Shown one piece after another: positions 58,470 through 64,000 of a DNA stretch of 64,000 nt. The notes beneath the pieces were generated by a model. The model searched no databases. It had not been told where the DNA came from and saw only the letters and a list, made by a program, of their open reading frames with translations. The stretch covers positions 117,633 to 181,632 of the forward strand of contig CAYRQJ010000001.1 of assembly GCA_964426555.1 (NCBI GenBank), in the 5' to 3' direction. The stretch is from an uncultured Candidatus Saccharibacteria bacterium (GTDB taxonomy: Bacteria; Patescibacteriota; Minisyncoccia; Phycocordibacterales; UBA9973). Position 1 is the stretch's first letter. Every line of letters begins with the position of its first letter. Both the position numbers and the translations under genes were made by a program.

Positions 58470-60893
58470 ATGAAACGAATAGTACTACTGGATACTCATG
58501 CCATAATACACCGGGCTTATCATGCCTTGCCGGACTTTCGAGCTAGCGATGGCACGCCTACTGGGGCACTGTACGGCCTGTCTACTATGATTAGTAGTAT
58601 TATTCGTGAACTAAAGCCGGATTATATTTTTTCGTGTTACGACTTGCCAGGTAAGACTTTTCGCCACGAGGCATTTGACGCATACAAAGGTAAAAGACAA
58701 AAAGGTGACGATGATTTGATTACTCAAATTATTTCTTCACGAGATATAATAAATGCATTAAATATTCCTATATATGATGAACCTGGGTTTGAAGCCGATG
58801 ATGTAATTGGTACTATTGCAAAAAAATTTGCCGACAAAAATAAATACGACATTATAATTGCATCAGGGGACATGGACACTCTGCAATTGATAGAAGACAA
58901 ACATGTACGTGTATTTACTTTGAAAAAAGGAATTACCGACACAGTACTGCTGGACGAAGATTATGTAATTGAAAGATTTGGTTTTGAACCAAAATATATT
59001 CCTGATTATAAAGGTTTGCGTGGAGATAATTCTGACAATATTCCTGGGGTTCCTGGTGTTGGAGAAAAAACCGGAATGATACTAATAAGTAAATTTAAAA
59101 CTATTGAAAATTTGTATAAAGTTTTAAAGAAAAATCCAGAACTAGTTAAAGCAGCTGGGGTAACTGACAGAATAATAAATATTTTGAAAGAAAATGAAGA
59201 CGGGGCAGTTTTTTCAAAAATGCTGGGGTCTATTCGTTATGATGCTCCGGTAAAAATTGAGACACCAAAGAAAACTTGGGCAGAATCTTTTGATAAAGAT
59301 AAGGCTGAAAAATGTTTTAAAAAATATGAATTTAAAAATATGTTAAACCGTTTTGACCCTGATTATATAAAGCCAATTCCTGTAAAAGTAGAAAAGAATA
59401 CAGTAAAAACAAAAGAAATAAAAGATGGTGACAGTATTTCAGTTTCAAAAAAACAACCCGATTTATTTGCCGAACCAGTGGATGAAATAAAATTAGAGGA
59501 AGCACGCATAATGCTATTTTTGCTAAATTCCGAAAGAACCAATGTTCCAGTAGAAACAATAATCGACGACATGGGCGCAAATAGTTTTGATGAGGCATAT
59601 AAAGATTTGGAAATAAAAATAAACAAAGAGTCTAAATTAAAATGGCTATACGATAATATGGACCGCCCATTAATACCAATAGTTCAAAAAATGAAGGAGC
59701 GTGGTATGAAAATGGACAGGGGATATTTAAAAGAACTTTCAAAAAATATTCATAAAGAAATTTTAGATTTAGAACGCGAGATTATAAAACTTGCAGGTGA
59801 AGAATTTAATTTAAATTCACCAAAGCAACTTTCTCAAGTTTTATTTGAAAGAATGGGTTTACCAACCAAAGGTTTGAAGAAAAGAAAAGATGGACTATAT
59901 TCTACAGACGTAGATACGCTAAATAAATTTTCTGCAGATTACCCTGTTGTAGCTAAAATGCTGGAATACCGAGAATTGGAAAAATTGCGTTCAACTTATA
60001 TTGATGCGTGGATAGAATTACTAGATGACCAAGACGAACTGCACCCTACATTTATTTTAACCGGGGCAGCTACTGGACGATTTGCTTCACAAAATCCTGG
60101 CGTTCAAAACATTCCAATTCGTGGCGAGCGAGGGCAGCAAATTCGTAAAGCTTTTATTGCGCGACCTGGGTTTACACTTGCTGCGTTTGATTATTCACAA
60201 ATTGAACTACGCGCATTGGCGATACTGTCTCAAGATCCAGTTTTAATAGATGTGTTTAATAACGGGGAAGACATTCATAGTGAAGTAGCTTCCCGTGTTT
60301 ACAATGTACCCGCAAATGAAGTTACTAAAGACATGCGTCGTCATGCAAAAGTAATAAACTTTGGCATATTGTATGGTATGGGGGCAACAGCGCTAGCTAA
60401 AGAAATGGGAGTTAGCCGTACCGAAGCCAAAGCCGTAATAGATACTTATTTTACCCGTTTTCCAAAAATTGCTATGTATATAGACAATGTTTTAACTACT
60501 GCAAAAAAGACCGGCTATACGGAGACATTGTTTGGGCGCAGGCGCTATGTGCCAAATATTAAATCAAATATCCCATTCCTGCGGGCTATGGCAGAAAGAA
60601 TGGCGGGGAATGCCCCCATCCAAGGCACAGCCACAGCAGACATTATTCGTTTGGCATTGGTAAATGTACATAAAATGTTTGAAAAGAATGGTTATACAGG
60701 GAAAGCTTTTACAATACTACAAATTCATGATGAATTGGTTTTTGAAATTAGTGACGATGTTTTAAAAGTTGTATGTGAAGATATCAAAGCCGAAATGGAA
60801 CGCGGAATTGCAAAAGAATTTTTGGTAGGTAAAAAAAGTGTACCAATAATAGTAGATATGCATCTTGGCAAGACATGGGGAGATATGGTATAA
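58470..60893 (+). CDS. polA: DNA polymerase I (5'-3' exonuclease plus polymerase; proofreading domain reduced)
   Basis: FEADD, GDNSDNIPGV, DYSQIELR, AKVINFGILYG, LQIHDEL. Confidence 0.96.
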   Translation: MKRIVLLDTHAIIHRAYHALPDFRASDGTPTGALYGLSTMISSIIRELKPDYIFSCYDLPGKTFRHEAFDAYKGKRQKGDDDLITQIISSRDIINALNIPIYDEPGFEADDVIGTIAKKFADKNKYDIIIASGDMDTLQLIEDKHVRVFTLKKGITDTVLLDEDYVIERFGFEPKYIPDYKGLRGDNSDNIPGVPGVGEKTGMILISKFKTIENLYKVLKKNPELVKAAGVTDRIINILKENEDGAVFSKMLGSIRYDAPVKIETPKKTWAESFDKDKAEKCFKKYEFKNMLNRFDPDYIKPIPVKVEKNTVKTKEIKDGDSISVSKKQPDLFAEPVDEIKLEEARIMLFLLNSERTNVPVETIIDDMGANSFDEAYKDLEIKINKESKLKWLYDNMDRPLIPIVQKMKERGMKMDRGYLKELSKNIHKEILDLEREIIKLAGEEFNLNSPKQLSQVLFERMGLPTKGLKKRKDGLYSTDVDTLNKFSADYPVVAKMLEYRELEKLRSTYIDAWIELLDDQDELHPTFILTGAATGRFASQNPGVQNIPIRGERGQQIRKAFIARPGFTLAAFDYSQIELRALAILSQDPVLIDVFNNGEDIHSEVASRVYNVPANEVTKDMRRHAKVINFGILYGMGATALAKEMGVSRTEAKAVIDTYFTRFPKIAMYIDNVLTTAKKTGYTETLFGRRRYVPNIKSNIPFLRAMAERMAGNAPIQGTATADIIRLALVNVHKMFEKNGYTGKAFTILQIHDELVFEISDDVLKVVCEDIKAEMERGIAKEFLVGKKSVPIIVDMHLGKTWGDMV

Positions 60894-60929
60894 TATACAA
60901 ATATTAGTAAGACTATTAATAAAATATTT

Positions 60930-61418
60930 ATGTCATCTACTCCGCATAATTACGAACAAACTATGGCTGAACCAAAAATGAATATTCAAATACTGCTTTC
61001 TAAATCTTATTCTGTGTATTTTTTTACATTTATCACAGCATTACTTTTTGATATTTTTGTAAAATTTAATTTTAAAAGTAACACTTTTGGGGCTATTGGT
61101 TTAGCACTGATAATTCTTTCAAGTTTGCTTATATATTGGGCACAAACAGTAAATAAAAAACCTGCATATAACATTGATGGAACCAGAGATTTTACATTGG
61201 GACCATATGCGTATTCTCGTAACCCAACTCAAACAGGGCTTTTTATAATGATGGTTGGAGCTAGTTTTGTAATGGGTTCGTTTCTTGTGTTGGCTTCAGC
61301 AATAGCTGCATTAATGTATTCTACATTTGTGATAATACCTCTGGAAGAACGTCGTCATATTAAAAAATACGGAGATGTATATACAAACTATATGAAGCGT
61401 GTTCGCCGAATAATATAA
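60930..61418 (+). CDS. Isoprenylcysteine carboxylmethyltransferase/PEMT family membrane protein
   Basis: GPYAYSRNP, EERR..KYG..Y..Y...VRR. Confidence 0.8.
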   Translation: MSSTPHNYEQTMAEPKMNIQILLSKSYSVYFFTFITALLFDIFVKFNFKSNTFGAIGLALIILSSLLIYWAQTVNKKPAYNIDGTRDFTLGPYAYSRNPTQTGLFIMMVGASFVMGSFLVLASAIAALMYSTFVIIPLEERRHIKKYGDVYTNYMKRVRRII

Positions 61419-61420
61419 AT

Positions 61421-62113
61421 ATGCTTTTTGTAATTTGCGCCAAAGATTATAAAAAATTAGTAGCAGAGGTTAGTAAAAAAACCACTGCTATTTTAAAGAT
61501 AAATGCGGATGCAAATGTAGAAAAATTCTTGGCAGATAATTTAAAAAAAGATGATCTTGTATATAAGGCTGAAGGTAATTCACTGTTTGGCAATATTAGT
61601 GTAAATATAGTAAATGAATATATTACAAAAAATAGAGATGAATTTTTAGAGATTATCCCAAAACTAGCGATTTCAAAAAACTATTTTATTTTTACCGAAG
61701 ACGAAGTAAATAAAGAAACTGAAAAAGAAATATTAAAATACCGTGGTGAATACATGGTAATAAAAAATGACGAAAAAGAAAGAACTAATCCTTTTGCCAT
61801 AACTGATGCATTGCTAGCTAAAGACAAAAAGAAATTATGGTTATTGTATCGACAAGAAATTGACGGTGGCGAAAGCGCCGAAGCCATTTTGGGCCGGTTT
61901 GTATGGGCAATAAAGACGCTAACATTGATACAAAAAAACCCAAACCAAAATGCGCTGGATTTAGGTATATCACCATTTGTGTATACTAAAACTAAATTTG
62001 CTGGTAAAAGCTGGAAAGACGGCGAACCGGAAGAATTTTATACTAAATTACTATTTGGGATTAAAGACGGCGAAGAAATGGAATACCATTTAGAAAAACT
62101 AATACTGAGTTAA
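61421..62113 (+). CDS. Probable DNA polymerase III delta subunit (HolA-like, shortened)
   Basis: SLFG motif, NPFAITDAL, LGISPFV..K. Confidence 0.6.
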   Translation: MLFVICAKDYKKLVAEVSKKTTAILKINADANVEKFLADNLKKDDLVYKAEGNSLFGNISVNIVNEYITKNRDEFLEIIPKLAISKNYFIFTEDEVNKETEKEILKYRGEYMVIKNDEKERTNPFAITDALLAKDKKKLWLLYRQEIDGGESAEAILGRFVWAIKTLTLIQKNPNQNALDLGISPFVYTKTKFAGKSWKDGEPEEFYTKLLFGIKDGEEMEYHLEKLILS

Positions 62114-62143
62114 GAAATATGCTAGGCAAGACCTAGCATATTT

Positions 62144-62674
62144 TTATTTAAAATCTCTAGTTAGTTCAGCCAGTGCTATGGCTGCGGCGACGGAGACATT
62201 TAGAGATTCTTTTTCTCCGCGCATAGGTATAGCAATAATATGGTCCGAATTTTTAAGTGCACCCTTTGTAACACCAGTTACTTCATTGCCAACTATTAAT
62301 GCAATTTTTAAATCGGTACCAGTATTTTCTTTTTTTAATTTATTTACAATTTCTCGGTAATCTACTGCATTAGCATCTAGCTCTAAGGCTAAAATTAGAA
62401 AATTATCTTCCCTTAATTTTTTTAATAGTGGGGCAAGAGTTAAGCATTTTTCATATTTTATAGTTTTTTCTGCACCCAGTGCAGTTTTGGCTATTTTACT
62501 GTCGGGCTTTTTAAATTTGTCGATGGGGGATGGAGTATAGCCAACAAGGTAAATTGCGTTTATTCCCAGTGCATCGCTGGTACGAAAAAATGACCCTACA
62601 TTTTCACTACTGCGAATATTCTCGGCAATTAGAATAATTGTGTTGATTTTATCTTGTTTTCGTGGTATCTTCAT
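62144..62674 (-). CDS. TrmH/SpoU family RNA methyltransferase
   Basis: NVGSFFRTSD, KTALGAE, GNEVTG, IPMRGEKESLNVSVA. Confidence 0.92.
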   Translation of the reverse strand: MKIPRKQDKINTIILIAENIRSSENVGSFFRTSDALGINAIYLVGYTPSPIDKFKKPDSKIAKTALGAEKTIKYEKCLTLAPLLKKLREDNFLILALELDANAVDYREIVNKLKKENTGTDLKIALIVGNEVTGVTKGALKNSDHIIAIPMRGEKESLNVSVAAAIALAELTRDFK

Positions 62675-62700
62675 ATTTGTAGCTTAGCATAAAAAAATAT

Positions 62701-62773
62701 CCTCTTGTAGCTCAGTCGGTAGAGCAGCTCCCTTTTAAGGAGATGGTCGTAGGTTCGATTCCTACCGAGAGGA
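62701..62773 (+). tRNA. tRNA-Lys(UUU)
   Basis: Acceptor cctcttg/cgagagg, D arm gctc/gagc, anticodon loop ct-TTT-aa, T arm gtagg-ttcgatt-cctac; CCA not encoded. Confidence 0.95.
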
Positions 62774-64000
62774 CAGTAGAAGACTTAGGAGGCAGAAATG
62801 CCTCTTTTATCTTGAATACACTGGCTACTTGAGTGGTTCCAAAAGTATTATCACAGAATGTTATCCCAGATGGAAATTGGAACCATTGTAATTTTACTTT
62901 TGTTTCCATTTTAGTACTTTTCCATATATCACTTGGTTTTTTTAAATATCCTTCTAGATAATCAATCATTTCTTCAAAATTAGAATCAGTATTGGGTCTA
63001 GAAGAGAGAGTCGTGTCTATCTTTAATAATTCTTCTTCAATCATTTCAAGTTGTTTTTGCAAAACATCATCGGAAATAAACCCATCGAGATTTTTCTTTA
63101 TAATTAAAGATTGTTTGTTATTTAATTCTTGGATACGCTTAACCAACCTACCTACCTCCATTCTTTGATCTTGTGTGGCTTTTATTAAGTTTTCTCTTAC
63201 TAACTCTTTTAATTTTTCTATTCTTGAAGCATCAAAACTATACTGGTCCATAAACTTAATAAAATCTTCTTCAAATTTATCTCGATTTAAACTCTTGTTT
63301 TTATTACCAAAACGATAAAAGGGGTATTTTTTACTTCTTTCTTTGGACCAACTACCAGTTATTTTTTCACCATCTTCATTTTCTATAAATCTACGCAAAG
63401 GGAAATCTGGGTTATCGGTTAAATATCCTGAATTCTTCCTACCTCTACTATTTAATATTTTTTGGACCTGATTAAATAAATGATCAGAAATAACTGGAGT
63501 AAAAGTTCCTTTATGTTTTTCACCAAACTTAATAATCCATCCAGTGTAAAGCTCATTTCTAAGTAAATGATAAAAATATGATTTTGATAATGGTTTACCT
63601 ACTTTATTAATAAGGCCCTCTTTTGTCATAATTTTTCTAACATCTTCTATCAAATATATATTTGTAGAAATTAATTCGAAAGTTTTTTGTATTAAAGGAC
63701 CAAATACAGGATTAATTACTATTGTATGTTTACCATCAACTTTAAGATTGTCATATCCAATAGGAGCCATCCAAACATATCTTCCATCTCTCATTGCATC
63801 TCTCATACCCCCCATACTACGTTCAGAACGTACATCATTATCAAATTGTGCTACATTAGCAAACATGTTTTCCATAAAACGACCAGCTGAGTTGTTTCCG
63901 AAATTCTCAGTAGTAGATTTTATTTCTATTTCATATTTTTTTAATAAAAGCCTTATGTAACTATAATCATCAGTATTTCTAGATAGACGATCTAGTTTGT
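62712..64000 (-). CDS. Large serine recombinase (5' end outside the window)
   Basis: The frame stays open to the edge: KLDRLSRN...ENMFANVAQFDN..RSER..GM, APIGY, LRNELYTG, recombinase domain and coiled coil; the last ~20 codons are antisense to tRNA-Lys. Confidence 0.9.
   Translation of the reverse strand, partial: KLDRLSRNTDDYSYIRLLLKKYEIEIKSTTENFGNNSAGRFMENMFANVAQFDNDVRSERSMGGMRDAMRDGRYVWMAPIGYDNLKVDGKHTIVINPVFGPLIQKTFELISTNIYLIEDVRKIMTKEGLINKVGKPLSKSYFYHLLRNELYTGWIIKFGEKHKGTFTPVISDHLFNQVQKILNSRGRKNSGYLTDNPDFPLRRFIENEDGEKITGSWSKERSKKYPFYRFGNKNKSLNRDKFEEDFIKFMDQYSFDASRIEKLKELVRENLIKATQDQRMEVGRLVKRIQELNNKQSLIIKKNLDGFISDDVLQKQLEMIEEELLKIDTTLSSRPNTDSNFEEMIDYLEGYLKKPSDIWKSTKMETKVKLQWFQFPSGITFCDNTFGTTQVASVFKIKEAFLPPKSSTVLSVGIEPTTISLKGSCSTD

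Noticed and set aside
1-64000. Alternative genetic code 25 (Gracilibacteria/Absconditabacteria)
   Set aside because: Core genes are full length under code 11 with no in-frame TGA.

Overview
AT-rich chromosomal window, translated with standard code 11, from a Patescibacteria (CPR) genome, most likely Parcubacteria. The assignment is inferred from the gene set, the Parcubacteria-style secreted proteins and the T4SS-like cluster. The window covers the origin region (jag-yidC-yidD-rnpA-rpmH / DnaA boxes / dnaA-dnaN) and many housekeeping genes (nusA, argS, tpiA, pgk, recJ, rnhA, tyrS, tsaE, ruvB, ruvC, polA). It also holds a type IV pilus operon, a split comEC, and a T4SS-like cluster whose two pilin-peptidoglycan hydrolase fusions share an identical 326-bp segment. 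It ends at tRNA-Lys, overlapped by a large serine recombinase that marks an island edge. The most unusual signals are non-coding. (1) Short CCCGTTAGA...TCTAACGGG and CCGCCAA...TT(A)GGCGG elements sit between 6-bp RTNNAY direct repeats exactly on start codons or a -35 box. (2) A REP-like palindrome family occurs solo, as empty inverted pairs, in frame inside argS, and enclosing two DUF559 endonuclease genes. (3) Extended -10 boxes lie 6 nt before ATG at many genes, implying leaderless mRNAs. (4) There is a 6S-like long-hairpin RNA. (5) One protein carries a Bacteroidota T9SS tail. All calls were made by eye; no database searches were run.
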